Shown here piece after piece: positions 1 to 6,937 of a stretch of 64,000 nt of DNA (positions are counted from its first letter, which is position 1; each line of letters opens with the position of its first letter). The stretch is taken from positions 1-64,000 of the IMG/VR virus record IMGVR_UViG_3300047471_000178. One strand, 5' to 3'. Made by a program: the position numbers and the translations under genes. The DNA is from a virus. Under the pieces are notes generated by a model, which saw only the letters and a list, made by a program, of their open reading frames with translations, was not told the DNA's origin and searched no databases.

Positions 1-156
1 AAGACTACATCCAAGAAATTTGCTAAGATGATGGGGGTATCGGTTCCCGCCATCCATAAATGGCGTCGTGGTGCCAGGATACCCCGCCTAAGGGCTATGA
101 AAAGGATATCATTCTTAACCAAGCGTAAGGTCTTATCAAAGGACTTCTACGAATGA
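1..156 (+). CDS. 5'-truncated small HTH DNA-binding protein (Cro/YdaS-like)
   Basis: Frame is open from the window edge. Stop TGA at 154-156 overlaps the next ATG (ATGA). '...MMGVSVPAIHKWRRGARIP...' looks like a helix-turn-helix. Absent from the ORF track because it has no start in the window. Confidence 0.4.
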   Translation, partial: KTTSKKFAKMMGVSVPAIHKWRRGARIPRLRAMKRISFLTKRKVLSKDFYE

Positions 157-572
157 AACTATGGACAGAAGAAGAAATAAATATCCTCACAGAGATGTGG
201 GGAAACAACTGTGAGACCCAAGAGATCGCTCTTGCTCTAGGGCGCAACAGGAACTCGATCATAGGCAAGGCTCACAGGCTAGGACTCCCGGAACACGTCT
301 TCACCACGAATAAGAGGATGAAAACCCAGCAAACAAAGAAGGAGTGGGCCAAGCCACGTTTACCGCCCATCATTCCGGAACCTATCCCCACGATTAAACC
401 AAGCTCCGGGGTGGCCTTCATGGATATCGGGTACAACCAGTGCCGCGCCGTCATTGGGCGCGATGCCGACACCTTCAAGCTCGCTAGGTTCTGCGGGCAT
501 CCTACTAGGGATGGCGTGTCTTGGTGCCCAGGGCACCTCGCCAGCTACACCTACACCACTAGGGGGCGCTAA
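153..572 (+). CDS. gcrA: GcrA-like cell-cycle regulator homolog
   Basis: N-terminal 'WTEEEINILTEMW...SIIGKAHRLGL' and C-terminal 'CRAVIG...FCGHPT...SWCPGH' follow the GcrA family layout. Confidence 0.75.
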   Translation: MKLWTEEEINILTEMWGNNCETQEIALALGRNRNSIIGKAHRLGLPEHVFTTNKRMKTQQTKKEWAKPRLPPIIPEPIPTIKPSSGVAFMDIGYNQCRAVIGRDADTFKLARFCGHPTRDGVSWCPGHLASYTYTTRGR

Positions 573-1045
573 TGAGTTATGCACAGGAATATTGCGATAG
601 AGCCAAAGTGATCCACGAGCGTCTTATTCATCCCCCGAATGCCATTTTCGACCCCGGAATCAACCTGAAGAGACTCCCAAAAATAAGTTATACACAGGTA
701 AAAAAGCCACTACAAGAGGTATTAGAATACTTAGTCCTGCCACTGGAACTTCCGCACAGGGCTAAAATCGTACCATTAGCCGACATTTCACTGGCGGTAT
801 CCGAGTTCTTCCTCATGAGCATGAAGGAGTTGCTAGGCAGGGACAGGCATAAGCATCAGGCCATGGCGAGGCATATCCTCATGTATCTGGCCACTATTCA
901 CACCAGGATGTCGGTATCCCAGATTTGCGAGAGGATCGGCAGGGATCATACCACCGGACTTTATGCACAGAGAAAAATAACCCGCATGAGGATAGTCGAT
1001 TCTGACCTGGATGATATGATTCGGGGCATCGAGGCGAGGTTATGA
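572..1045 (+). CDS. DnaA C-terminal (domain IV)-like HTH protein
   Basis: 'HKHQAMARHILMYLATIHTRMSVSQICERIGRDHTTGLYAQRKI' resembles the DnaA domain IV DNA-binding signature. ATGA overlap with the upstream gene. Confidence 0.65.
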   Translation: MSYAQEYCDRAKVIHERLIHPPNAIFDPGINLKRLPKISYTQVKKPLQEVLEYLVLPLELPHRAKIVPLADISLAVSEFFLMSMKELLGRDRHKHQAMARHILMYLATIHTRMSVSQICERIGRDHTTGLYAQRKITRMRIVDSDLDDMIRGIEARL

Positions 1046-1284
1046 GCAACAAGAACAGGGCCGTCATGAGGGTCAAGGACCGGATGCGGTCTGGAGCCCT
1101 ACTCATGATGATGAACTCGATCCACGGCAGGAAGTGGTATGTGGTCGGGAAGGTGGTTTCCTACAAAGGAACTGGCCGGGAAGTGCCCCCGGAGGTGGCT
1201 GAACTGGTCGTCAAGGAGTCTGACGTGTGCGAAGGCAAGGATGGCCTATTCCCCGGTATCTCCCAGACCTATCATATCAAATGA
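1042..1284 (+). CDS. hypothetical protein
   Basis: 80-aa ORF with overlap coupling to both neighbours. Confidence 0.45.
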   Translation: MSNKNRAVMRVKDRMRSGALLMMMNSIHGRKWYVVGKVVSYKGTGREVPPEVAELVVKESDVCEGKDGLFPGISQTYHIK

Positions 1285-1628
1285 TCCAAATAACCCTTCC
1301 CTGGCCTCCGTCGGTCAACCGCATCTGGCGCAATGCCGGGGGCAAGACCTATCGTGACCCCAAATATATGTCCTGGATCAAGGAAGCTGGATGGGTGATT
1401 AAGCTGGCCAAATGCACCAAGATCATAGGCCCATTCTCGGCTTCCATCGTGCTTTATCCACCGGATAAACGGAAGATCGACATAGACAACCGAATCAAGG
1501 TGATCCTCGATGCAGCGCAAAAGAACGAGCTTATTGAGGATGATTCAATGTGCCGTCTATTACTGGTATCCTACGGCTACGATACCGCTACCCCTAGTGC
1601 TTTACTTACGCTCAAACCTATGGGATAA
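1281..1628 (+). CDS. rusA: RusA-type Holliday junction resolvase
   Basis: 'MIQITLPWPPSVNRIWRN...DIDNRIKVILDAAQKNELIEDDSMC' is the RusA pattern. Start moved to ATG 1281 (ATGA overlap with the upstream stop). Confidence 0.8.
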   Translation: MIQITLPWPPSVNRIWRNAGGKTYRDPKYMSWIKEAGWVIKLAKCTKIIGPFSASIVLYPPDKRKIDIDNRIKVILDAAQKNELIEDDSMCRLLLVSYGYDTATPSALLTLKPMG

Positions 1629-2016
1629 AAAAGTTGCCCGCCTCACCTCATCAAAGGTGTGCGGGCCGATCTGGTGATTGATTTCGCGGCGAAGCGGAAC
1701 CAGACCTTGTTACAGACAAACATATGCCAACTACCGTTTGTTCCGTCAAGGCCAAGTTTCCTTCCCAAACCACCAAATCGGCTCTCGCAGCAAGCGGGCA
1801 AGCGCAGGGTATGAGGGATTTAGTTCCCTGACCGGATGTGCTGCTGCGGAAAAGGCCGGTCTAGGGCCGATGTCCCAAAGTGGCTCCAGTGAGCAGGACA
1901 TTACCCAAACATCTCTCTACCCTCCATTCCAATGGGGGGTAGGGGGGTATTTGGGCCTCGAACCCAAGTCCACCAGTGAGCAGTGACTAAGAGAAGTGCT
2001 CTTAGAGGAGAAAGAG

Positions 2017-2355
2017 ATGTTAACATTTGATGATTTTTGGTTCGCCTATCCTCCCCGTAAGGGAGGAAACCCTAAAGCAGCAGCAAGAACAAAGTGGGAT
2101 GTTGCCATAAAAAAGGGTGTTGAGCCTGAAATCATAGTCAATGCTGCCCTTAAGTTCCGGGATGAAATGCGCGAGTCTGAAAGCTTAGGTACATCTTTCG
2201 TCCCGATGGCCAGGACTTGGCTCTTTCAACAGCGCTATTTGGACTATGTTCCCGATCCTGATAAACAGGAAAGAAACGCTAAAACCGACGCAGACATGCT
2301 CAAACGCGGCTACATCTGGAAAGGTGAAAAATGGATCAATACAAAGCAGCTATAG
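2017..2355 (+). CDS. conserved phage protein of unknown function
   Basis: ATG 2017 is preceded by GAGGAG. 'FDDFWFAYPPRKGGNPKAAARTKW' motif; function not recognised. Confidence 0.5.
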   Translation: MLTFDDFWFAYPPRKGGNPKAAARTKWDVAIKKGVEPEIIVNAALKFRDEMRESESLGTSFVPMARTWLFQQRYLDYVPDPDKQERNAKTDADMLKRGYIWKGEKWINTKQL

Positions 2356-2375
2356 TTTAACTGGGGGGGTAGAAA

Positions 2376-2843
2376 TTGGAAAAGAAATGTCACCAAAAAC
2401 ATAAGGGTGGGCGAAACGAACTTAGCGCCTGCGTTTGGTTGCTCAACGAAGGGTATGAAGTCTTTAGAAATGTTTCTCAACACGGGCTAGTGGATGTAGT
2501 TGCTATTAATCGAGAAGGGAAAGCGTTTTTTTTCGATATTAAGAGTGTGCTTATTGCTAAATCTGGGCACTTTTCTGGGGGTAAATTAACTGAAGCCCAA
2601 ATAGAAATGGGAGTCATTGCGCTGTGGATTCTACCCGATGGGACTTTTTACATAAACTGGAAGAATGAGTTTGGCCCCCCATCCCGCTCAATACCTTGTA
2701 AAAAGTGCAATATAATCTTCACCCCTCACCATCATCACCGCCTTTTCTGTTCCCAAAACTGCAAAACAGCTTTTACTTCTGACCGCATTCGCGATCTAAA
2801 GCAACTAGGAAGAAATCTAAAACAAATAGGAACAAGACAATGA
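2376..2843 (+). CDS. PD-(D/E)XK-like nuclease with C-terminal zinc ribbon (putative)
   Basis: 'ELSACVWLLNEGYEVF...VDVVAINREGKAFFFDIKS' resembles an Hjc/restriction-endonuclease-like core. C-terminal 'CKKCN...FCSQNC'. TTG start. Visibly A+T-richer than the flanks. Confidence 0.35.
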   Translation: MEKKCHQKHKGGRNELSACVWLLNEGYEVFRNVSQHGLVDVVAINREGKAFFFDIKSVLIAKSGHFSGGKLTEAQIEMGVIALWILPDGTFYINWKNEFGPPSRSIPCKKCNIIFTPHHHHRLFCSQNCKTAFTSDRIRDLKQLGRNLKQIGTRQ

Positions 2844-3289
2844 TACGACTTTTGGCGATCTTTTTTATTGTTATGGTCACCACCCTTCCAGCCAATGCCC
2901 GCCAGCACCGTCATCATCACCGAGGCTACCAGCACAGCCCGCAGATAAGATTAATCAATGTGTACCCTTCTGAAGGCTTCCTACCACATCCTCCTGGATG
3001 CCCATCTCATGCCTTCTGCGGATGTGGGGCGTCCGTAGAGGTATTCGGGAGGGCCGTCAGGAGTCTATGGCCAGCATCGGCCTGGTTCAGGTTTCCCCGC
3101 ACTGCACCATCACCGGGGATGGTTGGGGTCAGGTCACACCATGTCTTTGTGCTTCGTCAGCACATTGAAGGCCAAATCTGGCTGATAGCCGACTACAACT
3201 CAGGGGGACATCAATCCCGGCTGCACCAAAGGAGTATATCGGGATATGCCATCGTAAACCCCCATGGTAGCCATGTGGCTGGTCTTTAG
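2840..3289 (+). CDS. secreted CHAP/NlpC-P60-like peptidase (putative cell-wall hydrolase)
   Basis: N-terminal signal-like 'MIRLLAIFFIVMVTTLPANA'. Cys ('FCGCGAS') followed by 'SHHVFVLRQ...IADYNSGGH' resembles a Cys-His peptidase core. Confidence 0.4.
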   Translation: MIRLLAIFFIVMVTTLPANARQHRHHHRGYQHSPQIRLINVYPSEGFLPHPPGCPSHAFCGCGASVEVFGRAVRSLWPASAWFRFPRTAPSPGMVGVRSHHVFVLRQHIEGQIWLIADYNSGGHQSRLHQRSISGYAIVNPHGSHVAGL

Positions 3290-3462
3290 AACTTCCTTAT
3301 TCCCGGTGTTTTCCACAAATCCTCACCGGGAGTGGCACAGCCTGACAGAATAAACGCGATATAAACAATAACCAGGATGAAAAGCGTTATGCTCAAGCCC
3401 ACCTTCTGTTTTGTCGTGAAGGGTCCAGCGCCAAAGCCTGCATATTTATAGGCCATAGTCAT
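3286..3462 (-). CDS. small lipoprotein (58 aa)
   Basis: Hand-translated. Hydrophobic 'ITLFILVIVYIAFILSGC' ends in the lipobox LSGC. The mature part is only about 17 aa. Last gene of the coupled chain. Confidence 0.45.
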   Translation of the reverse strand: MTMAYKYAGFGAGPFTTKQKVGLSITLFILVIVYIAFILSGCATPGEDLWKTPGIRKF

Positions 3463-3559
3463 TATCCTTCGGTGGCAACGTAGCCGGTGGGACTGGAATA
3501 GGAAACGCAGGATCAGGTTCCGGTAATGGTTCCGGCTTGGGTTTTGGATTCTTTGCCAT
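3446..3559 (-). CDS. Pro-rich miniprotein (37 aa)
   Basis: Hand-translated 'MAKNPKPKPEPLPEPDPAFPIPVPPATLPPKDNDYGL'. TAGGAG stop/SD junction upstream. Confidence 0.35.
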   Translation of the reverse strand: MAKNPKPKPEPLPEPDPAFPIPVPPATLPPKDNDYGL

Positions 3560-3569
3560 CACAAAACTC

Positions 3570-3701
3570 CTATCTTAGGAACAATATTATAAGCGTAATT
3601 ACTGCCGGTGATACGAGTGCCCCCCACATAAACCCCCACAGCCATGCCTTGGTTAATGGAGGAACCGGAGTGCCGCCCATTCCATAGGAACCGTCAGGCA
3701 A
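3570..3701 (-). CDS. transmembrane miniprotein (43 aa)
   Basis: TTG start 6 nt after AGGAG. 'AWLWGFMWGALVSPAVITLIILFL' is a hydrophobic helix. Confidence 0.35.
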   Translation of the reverse strand: MPDGSYGMGGTPVPPLTKAWLWGFMWGALVSPAVITLIILFLR

Positions 3702-3710
3702 GAAATTCTC

Positions 3711-3869
3711 CTATTTATTCAATCGTTTGATTGCATGACGAATCCGCGCAGCCACAGAGAACCAAGCGCGGCTATCAGGTGTAGATTGATCGCCAACCTC
3801 TTTTTCAAGTTCAATACCTAAGTCCTCACAGTCTTTGGCGATCAACTCTAATTCATCCTGCATCGTCAT
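3711..3869 (-). CDS. acidic miniprotein (52 aa)
   Basis: ATG preceded by TAGGAG. 'MTMQDELELIAKDCEDLGIELEKEVGD...'. Confidence 0.45.
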   Translation of the reverse strand: MTMQDELELIAKDCEDLGIELEKEVGDQSTPDSRAWFSVAARIRHAIKRLNK

Positions 3870-3877
3870 GGCCGCTC

Positions 3878-3967
3878 CTATTTATTTACAGCTTTGATGA
3901 ACATAGATAGCGCCCACAGGACCGGCACCACGCCAACGATCAGCATTACAAAATGGTCTTGTTGCAC
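3878..3967 (-). CDS. transmembrane miniprotein (29 aa)
   Basis: GTG start 5 nt after the TAGGAG that contains the recombinase stop. 'MLIVGVVPVLWALSMFI' is hydrophobic. Confidence 0.3.
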   Translation of the reverse strand: MQQDHFVMLIVGVVPVLWALSMFIKAVNK

Positions 3968-3975
3968 GGTCGCTC

Positions 3976-4605
3976 CTATGCCTTGTCTCGTTTGCGAATG
4001 AATTTACCTTTGCCTGACTGTTGCCAGTATCCATAGACTGAGGCCGTACTGACGCCTAGCTTCTTGGCAATCTTAGGACCACTCAGGCGCGGCTTGCCAT
4101 TGCGACCGTTCAGATAGTCACCCACCAGTTTAATGCGATCCGGCGTCATATACACGGCTCGTCCCCAATGGTATCCGTTTCCTTTGCGGGCCTTGAGAGC
4201 GGCGATACCGGCTGCGGTCCGTTGGGCAATGATCTGGCGTTCAAACTCCGCGACCAATCCAAGGACTCCGAGTACGAGCTTGCCGGAGACGGTTCCGAAG
4301 TCGAAACTCTCCTGGATGGAACGGAAGTATGCCCCTTTGGCATAGATTTGATCGAGACGATAATACAGTTGTCGCATTGATCTTGCGAGACGATCCAATC
4401 GCCAGACGACCAGTGTGTCGCCCGGACGCAAATCTTTAATAGCCAAATCGAGAGACGGACGCCTAGCGGAAGCTCCTGATATTTTTTCGACGTGAAGATT
4501 ATCATCTCGAACGCCAGCCGCCCGGAGCGCATCAAGTTGTAAGTCGAGTCGCTGATCTTCTGTGCTAACGCGGGCATAGCCAACTAAAAACCCAGTTTCG
4601 GGCAT
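3976..4605 (-). CDS. small serine recombinase (resolvase/invertase family)
   Basis: 'VGYARVSTEDQRLDLQLDAL...GDTLVVWRLDRLARS...VAEFERQIIAQRT' plus a C-terminal HTH. Start set at 'MPETGFLVGYARVS'. Confidence 0.85.
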   Translation of the reverse strand: MPETGFLVGYARVSTEDQRLDLQLDALRAAGVRDDNLHVEKISGASARRPSLDLAIKDLRPGDTLVVWRLDRLARSMRQLYYRLDQIYAKGAYFRSIQESFDFGTVSGKLVLGVLGLVAEFERQIIAQRTAAGIAALKARKGNGYHWGRAVYMTPDRIKLVGDYLNGRNGKPRLSGPKIAKKLGVSTASVYGYWQQSGKGKFIRKRDKA

Positions 4606-4646
4606 GATTACGGACACCGTTAAATCTAACAAAATGCGTACAGGGT

Positions 4647-4677
4647 TATTGACAATCTGTCAATAGGCGAGTACATA
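4647..4677. promoter_or_regulatory. perfect palindrome TATTGACA-ATC-TGTCAATA overlapping divergent sigma70-like promoter elements
   Basis: 8-bp arms at 4647-4654 and 4658-4665. A TTGACA is present on both strands. On the plus strand TTGACA, 17 nt, then TACATA (4672-4677) lie upstream of the 4703 gene. Confidence 0.4.
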
Positions 4678-4702
4678 GGTTCCACAAACGAGGAATAGCC
4701 CG

Positions 4703-4891
4703 ATGGCACACCAAGATTATAAGCCGAGAGAGGGGGAGTTAAGAATGGTCGGTGTCATCGAAAGACAACAGGCCGAGATCGAACGGCTCCGGGCGGCGCT
4801 TAAATCAATAGCCGACTATGCACCAACCAAAAATCTACCACCTGAACTTATGCTGGTGCGCGGCATTGCCCGTAACATGTTAGAGGAATAG
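4703..4891 (+). CDS. hypothetical protein
   Basis: 62-aa ORF. Shares an 'EIERLR' coiled segment with the 5200 gene. Confidence 0.45.
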   Translation: MAHQDYKPREGELRMVGVIERQQAEIERLRAALKSIADYAPTKNLPPELMLVRGIARNMLEE

Positions 4892-4898
4892 GCCCAAA

Positions 4899-5174
4899 AT
4901 GCCGCAGACCAAAACAATGCCGATCCGTCTAGCCATGCGCGTTGAAGGTGACTGGTGGGTTGCCTATCTGGCGCAAGCCGACAAAATGGACGGCGCGAAG
5001 CGGCTTGGTTCGATCCTCATGGGCGTTGTCGAAAACAATCCCGACCGCAAAAAAGCTTTCATGGCTATAATGCAGTCGGCAATGACAGACGCCATCAAAG
5101 ATGTTTTCGGTCAAACGCCAGATTGGGGCGCACCGCAATCTGCACCGGAAGCCGAACGCGCAGGACGCGCCTAA
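4899..5174 (+). CDS. hypothetical protein
   Basis: 91-aa ORF in the rightward mini-operon. Confidence 0.5.
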   Translation: MPQTKTMPIRLAMRVEGDWWVAYLAQADKMDGAKRLGSILMGVVENNPDRKKAFMAIMQSAMTDAIKDVFGQTPDWGAPQSAPEAERAGRA

Positions 5175-5199
5175 CGATCTGGATATAGAGGCCGCAGCC

Positions 5200-5433
5200 A
5201 TGACAGACTTCCGAGAGCGCCATCCTGAACGGTCAAACGTTTATTGTTGGGGCGAGGCGATGGAGTTTTATGAGAGACGGTTAGATGAAGCCGCCGACGA
5301 AATCGAACGGCTGCGGGGGTGGCTTAAGGAAATAAGCGAAGAGGCTGATGGTGACATGGAGGGTGCTGGCGAGCCAGAGTTTAGCCAGTTCAGTTATATA
5401 GCGGCGAAGGCTCGCGCCGCATTGGAGAAATAG
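5200..5433 (+). CDS. hypothetical protein
   Basis: Start moved to ATG 5200 ('MTDFRERHPE'), which avoids overlap with the upstream gene. Confidence 0.45.
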   Translation: MTDFRERHPERSNVYCWGEAMEFYERRLDEAADEIERLRGWLKEISEEADGDMEGAGEPEFSQFSYIAAKARAALEK

Positions 5434-5440
5434 CCCGGTA

Positions 5441-5758
5441 GTGAGGATTAAGAACGAAAGGCATCTTAAGTTCCTGCGCGGTCTATGTTGTGTGATCTGT
5501 AAGGACAATACTAGCGTAGAAGCGGCACACATAAGATTTTCCGACTCCAAATATGTAAAGAAAAACCCTGGTGTTGGACAAAAGCCACATGATTTCTATG
5601 TGGTTCCGTTATGTGGCAAACACCATAGAGAACAACATCGAGGCCATGAACAAACCTTCTGGAACAAATACAAGATTAATCCAATCCTATTAGCTCTGAA
5701 ACTCTACGCAATATCTGGCAACGCCGAAGAGGCTGAAAGAATCATCTACAATAGATAA
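5441..5758 (+). CDS. DUF968/HNH-like zinc-finger nuclease-family protein
   Basis: 'CCVICKD...AAHIR...VVPLCGKHHREQHRGHEQTFW' is a Cys/His pattern typical of DUF968/Ref-like HNH proteins. Confidence 0.5.
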   Translation: MRIKNERHLKFLRGLCCVICKDNTSVEAAHIRFSDSKYVKKNPGVGQKPHDFYVVPLCGKHHREQHRGHEQTFWNKYKINPILLALKLYAISGNAEEAERIIYNR

Positions 5759-5761
5759 AAG

Positions 5762-5781
5762 GCGCGGCATTTGCGCCGCGC
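5762..5781 (-). terminator. GC-rich hairpin terminator between convergent genes
   Basis: GCGCGGC-ATTTGC-GCCGCGC. On the minus strand it is followed by TTTTATCT, directly after the stop at 5789. Confidence 0.5.
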
Positions 5782-5788
5782 TAATGAC

Positions 5789-6037
5789 TTAGTATTTAAC
5801 CAATTTCCATTCGTGCTTGAGCGCCCTAGCCACGGCATTCAAGGTAGCAAACTGTGGGCGTCTTGTGTTGCCGGTAAACCAGTTGCTTAAGGTCGTCACC
5901 GATACGCCGGTAGCCTCATGGACATCCCAATAACTCTTCCCGGAATCCGATAGGATGGTCTTGATCTTGTAGATCGCCGGGTCTTTGTCCTTAAACATAT
6001 AAGTTCTGTAGGGGGTAATGATCGTTCGTTTAGCCAT
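5789..6037 (-). CDS. HTH transcriptional regulator (XRE/Cro-like)
   Basis: 'WDVHEATGVSVTTLSNWFTGNTRRPQFATLNAVARAL' is a helix-turn-helix. Confidence 0.6.
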   Translation of the reverse strand: MAKRTIITPYRTYMFKDKDPAIYKIKTILSDSGKSYWDVHEATGVSVTTLSNWFTGNTRRPQFATLNAVARALKHEWKLVKY

Positions 6038-6383
6038 TTCTTACCTCGTAAAGATAGGGCGTCTTGGTTTTCTTAAGGACGCCACGTTCAAGGAATCGCT
6101 TGAGCGCATAGCTGTAGCCGTTGTCGCTATAGCCATGATCCATAAGAAATTTCTTTAGCTGACTCGACGAAAGTTGCTTAGGTTTGGTCTTTTTAATGAA
6201 AGCCTGTAGCATCCCGGTTGCCCCACCTTGAGCATACTTTGTTGCTCTGTCATTGAGTGGTGGGGAATGACCGTTGGCTACCTCGCCTGGAAAGACAGCC
6301 GGTGGTTCCAGCGTCAATCCGTTCACTGCCTTTAATACATCGGCCAGTTTCTTATCACTGACGATGCATCGTATCTCAAACAT
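6030..6383 (-). CDS. hypothetical protein (possible winged-helix C-terminus)
   Basis: 117-aa ORF that overlaps the downstream regulator by 8 nt. Confidence 0.45.
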   Translation of the reverse strand: MFEIRCIVSDKKLADVLKAVNGLTLEPPAVFPGEVANGHSPPLNDRATKYAQGGATGMLQAFIKKTKPKQLSSSQLKKFLMDHGYSDNGYSYALKRFLERGVLKKTKTPYLYEVRNG

Positions 6384-6484
6384 GAATTTCTCCTGATTGG
6401 ACTCACCCCAACCCCCTCCGGCTGTTACACCGGAGGGTATCGAGGGGAGCCTAGGTGACTAATCCAGACTCCACACGGAGCAGA

Positions 6485-6889
6485 TTAGACAGGCTTGCGG
6501 ATGAGGTGCTTCACTCGTTTGATACTCTGGTGAAGCTTGAAGCGCTCTTCCTGGGTCGGAATCTTGCCGTTTCTGGCATAACGCACCAGCTTACGGTATG
6601 AATCGATCACCTTACGCAAGTCTCCGCTACGCAACGTAACCATCGTGTCGTCGTCGATGTCCTCACGCATCTGAGGGGCATCGTCATTCTCTTCAGCAAA
6701 CCCGGCATCAGCGTCGGGTTCGTAGTTTTCCTCATAACCGCCGAGATCGGCAGCGGCCTCTTGATCATGGCCATTGACCATGTTTCGCAATTCATCAGTG
6801 AACCCTTCGAAGCCTTTAATCAGTTTCGTTAGGGCAGTATCAATGTCTTTCATCCTCTTCTCCATGTGGTTGGTGACACCAAGAAGCAT
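6485..6889 (-). CDS. acidic hypothetical protein
   Basis: AAGGAG lies 5 nt before ATG 6889. Asp/Glu-rich centre. Confidence 0.5.
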   Translation of the reverse strand: MLLGVTNHMEKRMKDIDTALTKLIKGFEGFTDELRNMVNGHDQEAAADLGGYEENYEPDADAGFAEENDDAPQMREDIDDDTMVTLRSGDLRKVIDSYRKLVRYARNGKIPTQEERFKLHQSIKRVKHLIRKPV

Positions 6890-6937
6890 TTGCGCTCCTT
6901 ACTGCACACCGTCTTAGATGTGCAGTGTAGGAATGCA

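Noticed and set aside
1951-1972. A tRNA gene on the minus strand, suggested by a TTGGG-TTCGAGG-CCCAA T-arm-like hairpin.
   Set aside because: No complementary 5' acceptor strand, D arm or anticodon arm could be found at the required distances.
1678-1986. 102-aa plus-strand ORF.
   Set aside because: It has a non-ATG start, no ribosome-binding site and an odd composition, and it lies in a structured repeat-containing region. Treated as non-coding.
3976-4605. Gin/Cin-type invertase switching alternative tail-fibre C-termini.
   Set aside because: The recombinase is about 38 kb from the fibre genes. All fibre genes are on one strand with no inverted alternative exons. No matching inverted crossover sites were seen around it.
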